64,000 bases of DNA from an uncultured Gemmatimonadales bacterium (GCA_963823035.1 CAWGKG010000012.1:256001-320000), one strand, 5' to 3'; numbered from the stretch's first letter, positions 22,867 through 34,288 are shown. Numbers and translations are program-made. The notes: generated by a model from the letters alone, not told the origin.

Positions 22867-25519
22867 GGGCGGCGGGCGGTCCTCCACCCGTACCGCGGTG
22901 GATCCGGTGGGCGCTCCGGCGGCTCCTCGACGAGCGCGAAATGCGCACGGTGCTCGACGAGCTGCACGAGCTGCACGCGCGAGGTCGCCAGGCGACACGG
23001 GCCGCGCGAAGCCGACCGACGCTATCGCCGCCAGCTCCGTCAGTACCCCCTCCGGCTCTTCGCGGGCAGGATGGCGTGCTTCGTTCTCCTCGGCGGCGCC
23101 GGGCGTGGGGGAGGTCGGTCGGGCCGCGAGGAGCCTGTTGAAGTCCCCCGGACTCACGGCGACGATCGTGCTCACCGTGGGGCTGGGCATCGGCGGCTGC
23201 GCCACCATCTTCTCGATGGTCGACGCGCTCTACCTTCGGCCGCTCCCCTATCCGGACGCGTCCCGGCTGGCGTGGATCTACACGGACGCGCCGCCCAACC
23301 ACTTTCCCTTCTCGGTGGTCGACTTCCAGGCGCTGCAGGAAGGGCAGACGTCGTTCGAGAGCATCGCGGCCACGACGCGGGGCGGGGCGCGCGCATCACC
23401 ACCGACGACGGCGTCGAGCTCATCCGGGTGGTGGAGGGCACGCCCGGGCTCCTCGAGACGTGGGGGCTGTCGGTGGTCCGCGGCCGCGCGCCCGACGCGA
23501 AGCCGAGGGCGCACCCGGAGCACCCGGCACGGCGCTGGTCACCCCCGGGTTCGCCGAGCGCTACCTCGGCGCGGAGGACCCGGCGGCCGCGCTCGGGAAG
23601 GCCGTGACGCTGGACGGCGAGCCGTACGAGATCATCGGGATCCTCCCGTCCTCGCTCGGGCCGCTGGCGCGCGACGCGGGGATCCTGCCCACCCTCCGAC
23701 TCGAGCCCCCACGCGGAAGGGACCGTTCTTCCTGCAGGTCTACGGAAGGCTCCGCCCCGGTGCCGATCCCGCCGCCGCGGAGCGCGAGCTGCGCTCGCTG
23801 AACACGCGGCTCTTCCCCCTGTGGGCCGATTCCTACCAGGACCGGAATGCGTCGTGGGGGCTCATGGGGGTGGTCGAGCACGCGCGTGGCGACGCCGGCT
23901 CGCTTCTCGGCGTGCTGATGGCGGCGGTCGCGATGGTCCTGCTCATCTCGCTGACCAACGCCGCGAACCTCCTGGTGGCGCGCGTGAACGCCCGGGATCG
24001 CGAGCTCGCGGTGCGCGCCGCCCTGGGCGCCACGCGCGGCAGGATCTGGTCGCACCTCCTGGTCGAGAGCGCCCTCCTGGCCGCGGCCGGGGCCGCCCTC
24101 GGCCTCGGGCTCGCCCGTGGCGGCGTGGCGCTCCTCCCGGTGATGGCCGGCACCTGGCTCCGCCGCGCGGGCGAGGCCGACCTCACGCTCCACACGGTGG
24201 GCTTCGCATTGGCGTTGGCCGCGGCCGGCGGGCTCGTGTTCGCCGTCGTCCCCGCGCTCCACAGGCGGCGGGAGCACCATCCGGGTGCCGCCCTGAGGGC
24301 GGGTGGGCGCTCCTCGACCGCGAGCGCGTCCCGGCAGCGCTCCCAGCGCCTCCTGGTCGCCGGACAGCTCGCGATCGTGATGCCGCTGCTGGCCGGCGCC
24401 GCCCTCCTCCTCGGAAGCTTCGTCCGGCTGCAGCGGGTCGATCCGGGCTTCGACGCGGAGCACCTCCTCACGATGGGCGTGATGCTCTCACCCGTGGGCT
24501 ACCCGGACGGCGCCGAGCCGGCAGCGCTTCTGGGAGCCCGCGCTGGAGCGCATCGAGGCCATCCCGGGCATGGCCGCAGCGACGCTGTCCAGCGAGCGCC
24601 CCCCCACGAACGTCAACGACGTGAACAACTTCGACCTGGAGGATCGCCCCACCGCAGCCCGGCGAGCCCGAGCGGGTGGCCCCTGGGTGGTGGTCGCGCC
24701 CAGCTACTTCGAGGTGATGGAGATCCCGCTGATCGAGGGCCGCGGCTTCGAGGCCTCCGACCTCGACGACGACGCGCCCCCCGTCCTCCTGGTGGACGAG
24801 GCGTGGGCGAGGCGGAACTACCCCAACGAGAGCCCCGTCGGGCGTCGGCTCTACTCGGGCGGCCAGACCACGGGACCCGCGCGAGACCATCGTCGGCGTG
24901 GTGGGCACCGTGCCCTACACGGGGGTCGGCACGAACGAGATGGGGGCCATGTACCAGCCGACCGACCTCCGCTTCGACGGCCGCCTGGCTGATGGTGCGC
25001 ACCTCCGGCGACCCCCACGACCGTGGCCGGCAGCCGTGCGCGACGAGCTACGCCGCCTCGATCCGACGCGCCCGGTGGTCATGACCGCCACGGGCGACGA
25101 GCTCCTGCGCGATGCGCTCACGCGAGCCGCGACACCTCTCCCTCCTGCTCGGCGTCTTCGCGGCCGTGGCGCTCGGCCTGGCCGTGGTCGGCGTGTACGG
25201 CATCACCTCGTACTCGGTGCAGCAGCGGCGAGCCGACATCGCCGTGCGCCTGGCCCTCGGGGGCGCACCGTCCGGGGTGCTGCGCCGTACCCTCTGGGAG
25301 GGAATGCGCGTCTCGCTGCTCGGCCTGCTGGTCGGGGTGGTGGCGGCCCTCGCGCTCACCGGCGCGCTCTCGGGTCTGCTCTACGGCGTGGCTCCGCGCG
25401 ACCCGACGTCCCTCGCGGCGGCGGCGGCCCTCCTGCTCGCGGTCTCCGCGCTCGCTCGCCTGCTTCCGGCGCTGCGCGCCGTCCGCGTGGATCCGGCTTC
25501 GGCGCTCAGGGAGGAATAG
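22863..25519 (+). CDS. ADOP-type duplicated ABC permease (multiple frameshifts)
   Basis: LTVGLGIGGCATIFS, NAANLLVAR, ELAVRAALGA, VDPGFDAEHLL, GVYGITSYSV and DPASALREE motifs. Confidence 0.82.
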
Positions 25520-25543
25520 CGCCAACCTCTTCGCCGAGGCTTC

Positions 25544-26839
25544 CTAGCTTATGTCGTCGCCGACCTCGTCGACCAGGGAGTCCGCGTGCGTGACGCGGTT
25601 CCTCCCGCCTTCCTTCGAGGCGTAGAGCGCCAGGTCCGCGGCGCGAAGCACGCCGGACACGAGCGCGCTCGTGGAGTCGCCGCGCTTGCCGGGGTCCCGG
25701 AGGGTGGCCACGCCCACGCTCGCCGTGAGCCGCCGGAGCTGCCACGGATACGCCTCGATGGAAGCGCGCAGCCGTTCCGCGACGCGGACGGCACCCACGG
25801 CCTCGGCGCCCGGCATGACCACGATGAACTCCTCGCCACCCAGACGCGCCACGATGTCGGCGCTCTGGCGTGTCTCCCGCATGAGCTGGGCGACCTGCTT
25901 CAGCACCTCGTCGCCCGCCGCGTGGCCGAAGTTGTCGTTGAGACCCTTGAAGTCGTCCAGGTCCACGATCAGGAGCGAGCACGGCCCACCGGTCTCCTGC
26001 AGCACGCCGAGGAGTCGCTGCATCTCCTCGAAGAACTTGCGTCGATTCCACAGCCCGGTGAGCGCGTCCGTCACCGCGAGCTTCTCGAGTCCCTCGTTCG
26101 CTTCGCGCAGTTTATGCGCTAGACCCTGGATTCTCTCGCGGCTACGATTGCGCTCCGTGATGTCGGCGAGGGACACCACCGCGTGGAAGGCCCCGTCCAG
26201 CATGATCGGGTTGAGACCGATCTCCACCGGCACCACCTCTCCGTCGCTCCGCACCACGGAAAGGTCGCGACCTTCACCGATGGGGCGTGGCGCCGGATAG
26301 GACTGGAAGCCGGCGCGGAGCTTGGCGTGACGCCCACGCGCCGAGTCCGGCACCAGCTGGTCCACGCTGCGGCCGAGGAGCGCTTCCTTCCCGTAGCGTA
26401 ACAATCGCTCGGCGGCGTTGTTCGCGAGCACGATGGTCCCTTCCTCGTCGACCATGATGAGCGCGATCGGCGAGGACTCGATGGCCGCCTGCTGCAACGC
26501 CTCGGCTCGCTGCTTCTCCGTGACGTCCCAGGCCACCAGGTGGCACAGCTTCTCCTCGGCGTCGATCTGGGCGGACCAGCGGATCCTGCGCAGCACCTCA
26601 CCCACCTGGAACCGGAGCACCGCGGACGCGGTCGGGCGCTCCACCGAGAGCCCGCGGAAGAGGTGCCTGGCGATGCCGTCGTCCCCTTCCAGCACGAAGG
26701 ACGCGAGGGGCTTTCCGTGAAGGGCCTCGGGATCCAGACCGAGGAGGGTCCGAACGGCCGGATTCGCGAGGAGGATGACCCCTTCCAGGTCGGCGACGCA
26801 CAGAACCTCGGGAGCCCGATCGAAGAGTCGATCCGGCAT
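25544..26839 (-). CDS. PAS-PAS-GGDEF diguanylate cyclase
   Basis: Two PAS domains, TDALTGLWNRR, DLDDFKGLNDNFGHAAGD, RLGGEEF, ADLALYASKEGGRN. Confidence 0.92.
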   Translation of the reverse strand: MPDRLFDRAPEVLCVADLEGVILLANPAVRTLLGLDPEALHGKPLASFVLEGDDGIARHLFRGLSVERPTASAVLRFQVGEVLRRIRWSAQIDAEEKLCHLVAWDVTEKQRAEALQQAAIESSPIALIMVDEEGTIVLANNAAERLLRYGKEALLGRSVDQLVPDSARGRHAKLRAGFQSYPAPRPIGEGRDLSVVRSDGEVVPVEIGLNPIMLDGAFHAVVSLADITERNRSRERIQGLAHKLREANEGLEKLAVTDALTGLWNRRKFFEEMQRLLGVLQETGGPCSLLIVDLDDFKGLNDNFGHAAGDEVLKQVAQLMRETRQSADIVARLGGEEFIVVMPGAEAVGAVRVAERLRASIEAYPWQLRRLTASVGVATLRDPGKRGDSTSALVSGVLRAADLALYASKEGGRNRVTHADSLVDEVGDDIS

Positions 26840-27002
26840 GCCGGCTGAGCGGTATCGCTCAGCCCCCCAAGGGGTGGTGGCGACACATATTGTCTTGGGT
26901 CCTCTGAGGGGGCACTTCTCCAAATATTCCCTATTCGGACGTGCAGATCCAGCCTCTTCGAATCGGCCTGCGGCTCTCCGCGCCCGGGCTGCTGCCAACC
27001 TC

Positions 27003-28028
27003 TCAGGTCCGGCGATGCGCCGGGTCCGGGGTCGATACCGGCCGGGGAGCCCCCTCGACCCCTCGGCGCACCCACGCGAGCGCGACGGTCTGCCCGAAAC
27101 GCGGCGAGCGCACGGCGGACGTGACCTTCCCCACCGGCTTGTCGCCCCCCTCCACCACGGAGCTCCGTCCCGGCGGCCGGAGGATCGACCTCCCCCAGCA
27201 TGAGCTGTCGGAGATGCCGATTCACGTGCCCGCGGTCGCGGATGCGCACGATGACCTCCTGACCCGTGTAGCAGCCCTTCCGGTAGTCGATGGCGCGTTC
27301 GTGAATGCCCGCCTCGACCGGGATGGTGGCGTCGTCCATGTCGATGCCGTACTCGGGCCGCCCCGCCTCGACGCGGAGCGTCGTCCACACCGCCTCGTCA
27401 CCAGGCCGCGCACCCGCGGCCGTCAGCGCCGCGCGCGCGGCCGCCATGGACGTCGCCGGACCCGTGAGGACGAACGCCTCCGGAAGGACGTCCCCCGACC
27501 TGCGCACCACGATCGCGTCGGCCACGGACGGACCCACGGACCGCCACGCACCCTCCTCGAGCGCCGACAGCTCGGCCGCTTCCACGCGTAGCCCCAGCAC
27601 GACCCGTGAGAGGAGGGCGGCCGCCTCCGGGCCCACGACCGCGAGACGATCCGGTGTCCGCACTCACGTCCCGCATGCGGGCCAGGCGAGGCGGCAGGTA
27701 GCGCCCGAGGTGCTCGGCCAGGCCCGCCTGACCGCGGGCCGGAACGTCGAGGAGGAAGCCGACGGTCTCCTCTTCGCCCAGGCGGAGGCACCAGAGGTCG
27801 GTGACCATCTTCCCCTTGGGCGTGAGCACGGCGTGGTACGTGGCCACACCACCCACGACCTCGTCGGAGATGGCGGTCGGCTCGGAAGGCATCGTGCCGG
27901 TCAGAATGCCGTCGAGCATCTGCGCGGGCGCGCGTCCATGCACGGCGAGTCGAGCGCGCGCGTTCCGTTCGAAGAGCGCCACGCCCCGCGGTGGCCGCGG
28001 CGTAGGCCCCCTCCGCGGATCCGCTCAC
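27003..28028 (-). CDS. YgfZ/GcvT-type folate-binding protein (frameshifts; 3' end approximate)
   Basis: LTPKGKMV, LRVEAGRP and KGCYTGQEV (YgfZ signature) motifs. Confidence 0.8.
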
Positions 28029-28882
28029 AGGTCCTCCGCCTCGTCGCTCACGCTGCGGCCCGCCTTGAGGTCGTCGAGCATGTCGCGGATGCGATCCGCG
28101 TCACCGGCGCCCGGCGCCAGGTCGAGGTAGGCCTGCAGCTGCTCCACGGCCTCGTCGCGCCTGCCCATGCGCGCAAGCAGCAGCCCCCTCGCCCGGTTCT
28201 CCCCCCGCGAGGTGGGTTGGATGAGGAGGATGCGCTCCACGGCGGCGAGCGCGCGGGTGTGGTCACCCACGTTCCCGTACACGCTCTTCAGGCTCAGGAG
28301 GAGGCGGACGAGCATGTCGCGACGCGACGCCTTGCGCAGGAACGGCTCCTGAACGCGCACCATCCCCCCGTACACCTGGTCGAGCAGCTCCTGGGCCTGG
28401 TCCTGGAAGCGCATTCGGCCTCGGTCGAAGGGGTCGATGAGCAGGTCCATCGCGTCGCCCTTGTAGCGCACCAGGAAATGGCCGGGGAAGTTGACCCCCT
28501 CCAGCGGTAGATGGAGCCGCCACCCCACCTCGAGCACGACCATCCCGAGAGAGAGGGGCATGCCGAGGCCGCGGTCGAGGACGTCGTTCAGGTACGAGTT
28601 GCGGGGATCGTGGTAGGCCTGCCGATTCCCCTGGAAGCCGCGGCGCTGGTAGATCATCGTGAGCAACTCGTCGAGTACCACGAGCGGCGCCGTCTCGTCC
28701 GCGAGGCGGTCCTTCACCTCCTCCGCCATCTGGTCGAGGCGCGCCAGGTAGAGCTCGACCGAGATCTGCGGATACTCCTCCTTGGCCACCAGCAGCGCCG
28801 CCCGTGCCATGTCCAGCTCGGCTTCGGGGCGCGAGACCTCCACGGCGAGGAGGTGTCTCGTTGAGGGCATCGGTGCGGGCAT
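28025..28882 (-). CDS. SirB1-like (Transglut_core2 + TPR) protein
   Basis: GNRQAYHDPRNSYLNDVLDRGLGMP, GVNFPGHFL and IDPF motifs; C-terminal TPR. Confidence 0.88.
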   Translation of the reverse strand: MPAPMPSTRHLLAVEVSRPEAELDMARAALLVAKEEYPQISVELYLARLDQMAEEVKDRLADETAPLVVLDELLTMIYQRRGFQGNRQAYHDPRNSYLNDVLDRGLGMPLSLGMVVLEVGWRLHLPLEGVNFPGHFLVRYKGDAMDLLIDPFDRGRMRFQDQAQELLDQVYGGMVRVQEPFLRKASRRDMLVRLLLSLKSVYGNVGDHTRALAAVERILLIQPTSRGENRARGLLLARMGRRDEAVEQLQAYLDLAPGAGDADRIRDMLDDLKAGRSVSDEAEDL

Positions 28883-29006
28883 CGTCCCATTCTGCAAGGG
28901 TCCGGAGGAACCATGCTTACACCGCTTGCGTCCCTGGTTTCCGGTCGCGCCCCGTGGGTGGGCCCTCCACACTTGCCAAGCGGCGCGCGTGGCGGGATCC
29001 TCCGTC

Positions 29007-29609
29007 ATGCGAACGCTCGCCCTCGCCGTCTCGCTCGTGCTGCTCGCCGCCCCGGCCTCCGCCGGGGCACAGGGCGTGCGCGGGGTCGGTCTCTTCGGCG
29101 GAAGCGTCGAGTCCCGGCAGACCCGGACACGGGAGGATGCCTCCGACCCGCGGACGGGGATCCTGGCCGGTGCCTGGGTCGACGTGGAGGTTTCCCCCGG
29201 CCTCTGGAGCGTGCTGGCTGAGGCGGAGTACGTGGAGCGCGGTGGCGAGTTCGCCGGCGACGTGGACGGGGGAGTGGTGGAGGCGGACTACCTCGGAATG
29301 ACCGTCGCACCCGAATGGCACCTGGACGTGGCCTTCGTGGGCGCGTTCGCCTACGGCGGGCCGACGCTCGAACTCTCCATGCGCACCCGCTCGAGCGCCA
29401 ACCTCGCGGGGGCGTACCAGAACCCCGCCGGCCAGGTGTTCTCGGTGACGGCGGGAGGGGGTGTGGAGCTGCGCATCCCCCCCGGGTACGGATTCAGGCT
29501 CGAGATGCGGCACGTCGAGGGGCTGTCACCGGCCTTCACGGGCGACGCCGGAGACTTCAAGCACCGCTCGACGGAGATCCTCGTGCGCGTGGGCCGACAC
29601 GGCACGTGA
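29007..29609 (+). CDS. Outer-membrane beta-barrel protein
   Basis: Signal peptide ending AGAQ, amphipathic beta strands, EAEYVERG and YGGP motifs. Confidence 0.7.
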   Translation: MRTLALAVSLVLLAAPASAGAQGVRGVGLFGGSVESRQTRTREDASDPRTGILAGAWVDVEVSPGLWSVLAEAEYVERGGEFAGDVDGGVVEADYLGMTVAPEWHLDVAFVGAFAYGGPTLELSMRTRSSANLAGAYQNPAGQVFSVTAGGGVELRIPPGYGFRLEMRHVEGLSPAFTGDAGDFKHRSTEILVRVGRHGT

Positions 29610-30520
29610 GGTCAGCGAGAGAGAGCCGCCTGGCGGCGATGGGGCTCGGGGCGGCGTTCTTCCTTTCCTGCGGCGCCGTGCTCGCCTCTCCCGAGCCGCC
29701 CGGCCCGGAGGGGTGCTACGACGTCCACGTGGGGCTCTGGCGCGCGGTGACCGATGAGCCCGCCGACCGGCCTCGCCTTCCCCCGGAGCGCGCGAGCGAC
29801 TCGACGGCGTACGTGCTTCCGCCCCGTGTCCAGCTCACCGACCGGCCGCTTCGGCCTCCCGCCGGGGAGGGGTGGCTGAGCGCCGCCGCGCCCGAAGGAG
29901 CGCTTCCGACCGGCCACCGCCATCAGGGCTGGCGCCCCTCTCCGGAGGGGGGGATCCTCCTCTGGTTCGCGGCGGCGAGATCGGGCGTGCGAGCGCGTCT
30001 CGACGAGGCCCGGTCCGGGTTCGCGGGCCGCCTGCGCACCTTCGACGTCGATGACCGAGCCCAGCTCTACGAGCGGGACGTGACGCTGTCGCGGGTGGAC
30101 TGCGCGTCCCCGCCCCCGGCCACGCCCGATGCCTTGAGGCCGCTGCCGCGCACCGTACGGCTCCAGGGCGGCGGCACCCTCCTCCTGGGTGCGCCCGCCC
30201 CCGAGGGGATCGTCACGGCCGCCCGCCCTTCCGGAGCGGCGGGGGTGACGGGTCGTACCGTCGGGCTCTTCGCCGGCTCGGACTCCGTGGCCTACCGCAT
30301 CGGGGCCAACGACGGACGCATCGGCGTGGTTCAGCTCATCTTTCCGGGCCCCGCCACGGGGGATGCGCTCATCGAACGGATCACGCGCGCGTTCGGGCCG
30401 CCGGACGACAACACCGCCGTACCCGGAGCCTGGTGGCACAACCGCGTCACGGAGGTGTCCGTGATCACGTCCCAGGGCGGCGGCTACCGGGTGCTGCTGC
30501 AGGATCCGCGCTCCTGGTGA
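29606..30520 (+). CDS. Hypothetical exported protein
   Basis: Open frame coupled to the upstream gene (GTGA overlap), hydrophobic N-terminus. Confidence 0.5.
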   Translation: MRSARESRLAAMGLGAAFFLSCGAVLASPEPPGPEGCYDVHVGLWRAVTDEPADRPRLPPERASDSTAYVLPPRVQLTDRPLRPPAGEGWLSAAAPEGALPTGHRHQGWRPSPEGGILLWFAAARSGVRARLDEARSGFAGRLRTFDVDDRAQLYERDVTLSRVDCASPPPATPDALRPLPRTVRLQGGGTLLLGAPAPEGIVTAARPSGAAGVTGRTVGLFAGSDSVAYRIGANDGRIGVVQLIFPGPATGDALIERITRAFGPPDDNTAVPGAWWHNRVTEVSVITSQGGGYRVLLQDPRSW

Positions 30521-30561
30521 GCGCCGCCCCACCCCCTCCACCTTCATCCCGAGAGGAGCCC

Positions 30562-31624
30562 ATGGCGGACGAGCCACGGGACCAACGGCCGAGGATCCGC
30601 CTGTCCCAGCTCAGCCACGGAGCCGGTTGAGCGTGTAAGCTCGGGATGTCCGAGCTGACGCAGGTTCTGCGTCACCTTGCTCCGGTGCACGACCCCGACG
30701 CCCTCGTGGACGCTTCCACGGGGGACGACGCCGCCGTGTATCGACTGTCCGCGGATCGCGCCCTGGTGGTGACCGTCGACTTCTTCACGCCCATCGTCGA
30801 CGATCCCTTCGACTTCGGACGCATCGCCGCGGCGAATGCGCTCTCCGACGTCTACGCGATGGGCGCCAAGCCGCTCTTCGCCCTGAACCTGGTGGCGTTC
30901 CCCCGCGGGCTGCTCGGCGAGGGGCTGCTCGAGGAGATCGTGCGGGGCGGGAGCGCGGCCTGCAGCCTGGCGGGCGTGCCCATCCTCGGAGGCCACTCGA
31001 TCGACGACACCGAGCCCAAGTACGGGCTGGTGGCGGTGGGCGAGGTCCACCCGGACCGGATGCTCACCAACGCGGGCGCGCGCCCCGGCGACGTCCTGGT
31101 CCTCACCAAGCCGATCGGTTCGGGTGTGGTAGCGACGGCGATCAAGGCGGGGGCGGCGCCCGAATCCGTGATCGCGGCCGCGGTCGAGGTCATGGCCGCG
31201 CTCAACGGCGGCGCCGCACGCGCGGCCCTGGCGGCCGGCGTGCGCGCCGGCACGGACGTGACGGGCTTCGGCCTCCTCGGGCACCTGCACCGGATGCTGC
31301 GGGCGTCGGGCGCCGCCGCGGAGGTGCGCGCCGCCGACGTGCCGCTCATCGAGGGGGCCGCGGCCCTCGCGGCGGCCGGACACGTGCCGGGAGGCTCCGT
31401 GCGCAACGCAGCCGACCTGAGCGAGGCCCTCTCGTGGGGTCCGGCGATCGCTCAGCCGGTGCGGACACTCCTGGCGGATGCCCAGACCTCGGGCGGCCTC
31501 CTCCTGTGCGTCGAGCCCGGCGCGCTCGAAGGAGCTGCGCGCCGGGCTCGACGGGAATGCGCTCGCCGCAGCCGTGGTGGGTGAGGTGACGGAGGGGCCC
31601 GCGGGCACCATCACCGTCTCCTGA
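30562..31624 (+). CDS. selD: Selenide, water dikinase containing selenocysteine (UGA at 30628-30630); indel near 31530
   Basis: RLSQLSHGAG-TGA-ACKLG read in frame; DDAAVY, TVDFFTP, AANALSDVYAMG, GGHSIDD, TDVTGFGLLGH and DAQTSGGLL motifs. Confidence 0.95.
30631..30661 (+). promoter_or_regulatory. Bacterial SECIS hairpin immediately 3' of the Sec UGA
   Basis: GCGU/ACGC lower stem and AGCUCGG/CCGAGCU upper stem enclosing a G-containing GAUGU loop. Confidence 0.8.
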
Positions 31625-31658
31625 TCCCACCGCCGCCGGTCGCGGCGGACGTCCGGCA

Positions 31659-34157
31659 TCAGGGGGCGGATACCCCCGCTTCCTCCTGCTTCTTGCGGCC
31701 GCCGCGCTGCTTGCGCGGCGCCTTCTTCACCTTGGTATCCTCGTTGAGGAGCGCCACCGCCATCACCTCGTCCAGCGTCTCCACCATGTGGATGGTGAGC
31801 GTCTCCTGCACGTCCGGCGGGATGTCCTCCAGGTCGGCCTCGTTCTCCAGCGGCACGATGATCTCGGTGATCCCGGCCCGAACGGCGCCCAGGACCTTCT
31901 CCTTCAGCCCGCCGATCGGCAGGACCCGGCCGGTGAGCGTGAGCTCCCCCGTCATCGCGACGTCGTGGCGGGCCTTCCGTCCCGAGAGCGCGGACACGAG
32001 CGCGGTGGCCATCGTGATCCCTGCGGAGGGACCGTCCTTCGGGATGGCACCGGCCGGCACGTGGATGTGCACCTCACGCCCCTTGAGCGATCCCTCGGGG
32101 ATGCCCAGGAGGTCCCAGTGGGCCTTCGCGTACGAGAGCGCGGCGCGGCCGGACTCCTTCATGACGTCGCCGAGCTGCCCGGTGAGGACGAACCCGCCCT
32201 CGCCCGGGAAGACGCTCGCCTCGACGAACATGATGTCGCCGCCCATCGGCGTGTAGAACATCCCCGTCGCCACGCCGACCGTGTCCTCCTCGGCCATCCT
32301 CTCAGGGTGCACCCGCGGCCGGCCCAGGAGCTCGCGCACGTCTTCGGGCTTCGCGACCAGCTTGTCGACCTTACCCGCGGCGATCCGCCGAGCGACCTTG
32401 CGCGCGAACTTCCCGACCTCGCGCTCCAGCTGACGGACGCCGGCCTCCCTGGTGTAGTTCTGCACCACCGTGAGGATCGCCTCGTCGCCCATCTTGAACT
32501 CTTCTTCCGTGAGGCTGTTCTCGCGCCTCTGGCGTGGAAGGAGATAGCGCTTCGCGATCTGGAGCTTCTCCGCCTCCGTGTAGCCCGCGAAGTCGACACG
32601 CTCCATCCGGTCGAGCAACGGCCCGGGGATGCGGTCGAGGTAGTTCGCGGTCGCGATGAAGAGCACCTCGGAGAGGTCGAAAGGGATCCCGAGGTAGTGG
32701 TCCACGAACGTCTGGTTCTGGGCCGGATCCAGCACCTCGAGCAGCGCGGAGCTGGGGTCGCCCTGGAAGGAGACGCCCAGCTTGTCCACCTCGTCCAGGA
32801 GGAAGACCGGGTTCTTGCTCTTGGCCTGCCGCATGCCCTGGATGATCCGGCCGGGCATCGCGCCCACGTAGGTGCGCCGGTGGCCGCGGATGTCGGCCTC
32901 GTCACGCGCGCCGCCCAGCGAGATGCGCACGTACTTCCGCCCCAGGGACCTGGCGATCGACTGCGCGATCGACGTCTTGCCGACGCCCGGAGGCCCGACG
33001 AAGAGGAGGATCGGTCCACGACCGGTGTGGTGGATGTCCTCCGCGGTGATCACGTGCTCCGCCTGTCCCTCGCCGTTTCCGGACGGGGCCGCCGCCTCGG
33101 GCTCCGCCTCCTCCTCGGCCTCCGCCCGCTCCAACTGGAGCTTGCGCACGGCGAGGAACTCCAGGATGCGGTCCTTCACGTCCTCGAGGCCGTGGTGGTC
33201 CTCCTCGAGGATCTGCTCGGCCCGCGCGAGGTCGATCTTGTCCTCGGTGCGCTCGTTCCAGGGCAGCTCGGTGACCCACTCCAGGAAGGTGCGGATGACC
33301 TGGTACTCGGCCGACTGCGGGCTGGTGCGCTCGAGGCGCCGCAACTCACGGTCCACCTCGGAGCGCTGCTCCTCCGACAGATCGAGCTCCTCGATGCGCT
33401 TGCGCATCTCCTCGACGTCGTCGCGCTCCTCCTCCTCGCCCAGCTCCTTCTGGATCGCCTTCAGCTGCTCGCGCAGCAGCATCTCCCGCTGCCGCTCGCC
33501 CAGCTCCGACTGCACCTTCGCCTGGATGTCCTCCTGGGCGTCGATGCGGGCGAGCTCGCGCTCGACCGCCACCAGGGCGGCCCGCATGCGCTCCTCGTCG
33601 TCCAGCGTCTCGAGCAGCTTCTGCTTGGCCTCGGTGGGCAGCTCCAGGTAGAAGGCGACCAGGTCCGCGAAGGACCCCGGATCGTCCACGCCCTGGATGA
33701 GCTGGTTCAGCGCCTCGGCCGGAACACCGCGACGGGTGCCGAGCTCGGCGGCCCGCTCGCGCAGCTCGCGGTCGAGCGCCTGGAAGGTCGGGTCGGTGAG
33801 GCTCTGCGGCGGCTGCCGGTCCATCTGCAGCAGCCGGGCCTGGAGCATCGCCTGGCCCTCCTTCTCGTAGGCCAGCGCCTGGGCGCGTCCCTCACCCTGG
33901 ACCAGGAGCTGGACGCCGCCGCGCACGCGGTGCGTCTGGATGATGCGGACCACCGTGCCGACGTTGTACAGGACGTCGGACACCGGGTCGTCCACGTTCT
34001 CCTTCTGGGCGACGGCGAACAGGCGCCGATCGCCCTCCAACGCTTCCTGGACGGCCTCCACGGTGCCCGGTCGGCCGGCGGAGATGGGTACGGCCACTCC
34101 GGGATAGACCACCGTATCTCTGAGCGGAAGAACCGGTAGGGTGAATCGCTCGGCCAT
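31659..34157 (-). CDS. lon: ATP-dependent Lon protease
   Basis: LPVLPLRD, GPPGVGKTS, GHRRTYVGAMPG, LLDEVDK, PKDGPSAG (catalytic Ser) and IGGLKEK motifs. Confidence 0.97.
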   Translation of the reverse strand: MAERFTLPVLPLRDTVVYPGVAVPISAGRPGTVEAVQEALEGDRRLFAVAQKENVDDPVSDVLYNVGTVVRIIQTHRVRGGVQLLVQGEGRAQALAYEKEGQAMLQARLLQMDRQPPQSLTDPTFQALDRELRERAAELGTRRGVPAEALNQLIQGVDDPGSFADLVAFYLELPTEAKQKLLETLDDEERMRAALVAVERELARIDAQEDIQAKVQSELGERQREMLLREQLKAIQKELGEEEERDDVEEMRKRIEELDLSEEQRSEVDRELRRLERTSPQSAEYQVIRTFLEWVTELPWNERTEDKIDLARAEQILEEDHHGLEDVKDRILEFLAVRKLQLERAEAEEEAEPEAAAPSGNGEGQAEHVITAEDIHHTGRGPILLFVGPPGVGKTSIAQSIARSLGRKYVRISLGGARDEADIRGHRRTYVGAMPGRIIQGMRQAKSKNPVFLLDEVDKLGVSFQGDPSSALLEVLDPAQNQTFVDHYLGIPFDLSEVLFIATANYLDRIPGPLLDRMERVDFAGYTEAEKLQIAKRYLLPRQRRENSLTEEEFKMGDEAILTVVQNYTREAGVRQLEREVGKFARKVARRIAAGKVDKLVAKPEDVRELLGRPRVHPERMAEEDTVGVATGMFYTPMGGDIMFVEASVFPGEGGFVLTGQLGDVMKESGRAALSYAKAHWDLLGIPEGSLKGREVHIHVPAGAIPKDGPSAGITMATALVSALSGRKARHDVAMTGELTLTGRVLPIGGLKEKVLGAVRAGITEIIVPLENEADLEDIPPDVQETLTIHMVETLDEVMAVALLNEDTKVKKAPRKQRGGRKKQEEAGVSAP

Positions 34158-34272
34158 GAATCCCTCTCGGATTGTCCTCCGCCCAGATTCCGGCCGGAGG
34201 CATCATATCTCTGTTCTCTTCGGAGGCGGGCGGACGCCCTGAGCGGCGCGCCACCCGGAACGCGACCAACGG

Positions 34273-34288
34273 TGCAGGATCCACGCCA
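34273..34288 (-). promoter_or_regulatory. Putative sigma-54 (-24/-12) promoter of lon
   Basis: Minus strand TGGCGTGGATCCTGCA, GG-N10-GC spacing, about 115 bp upstream of the lon start. Confidence 0.4.
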
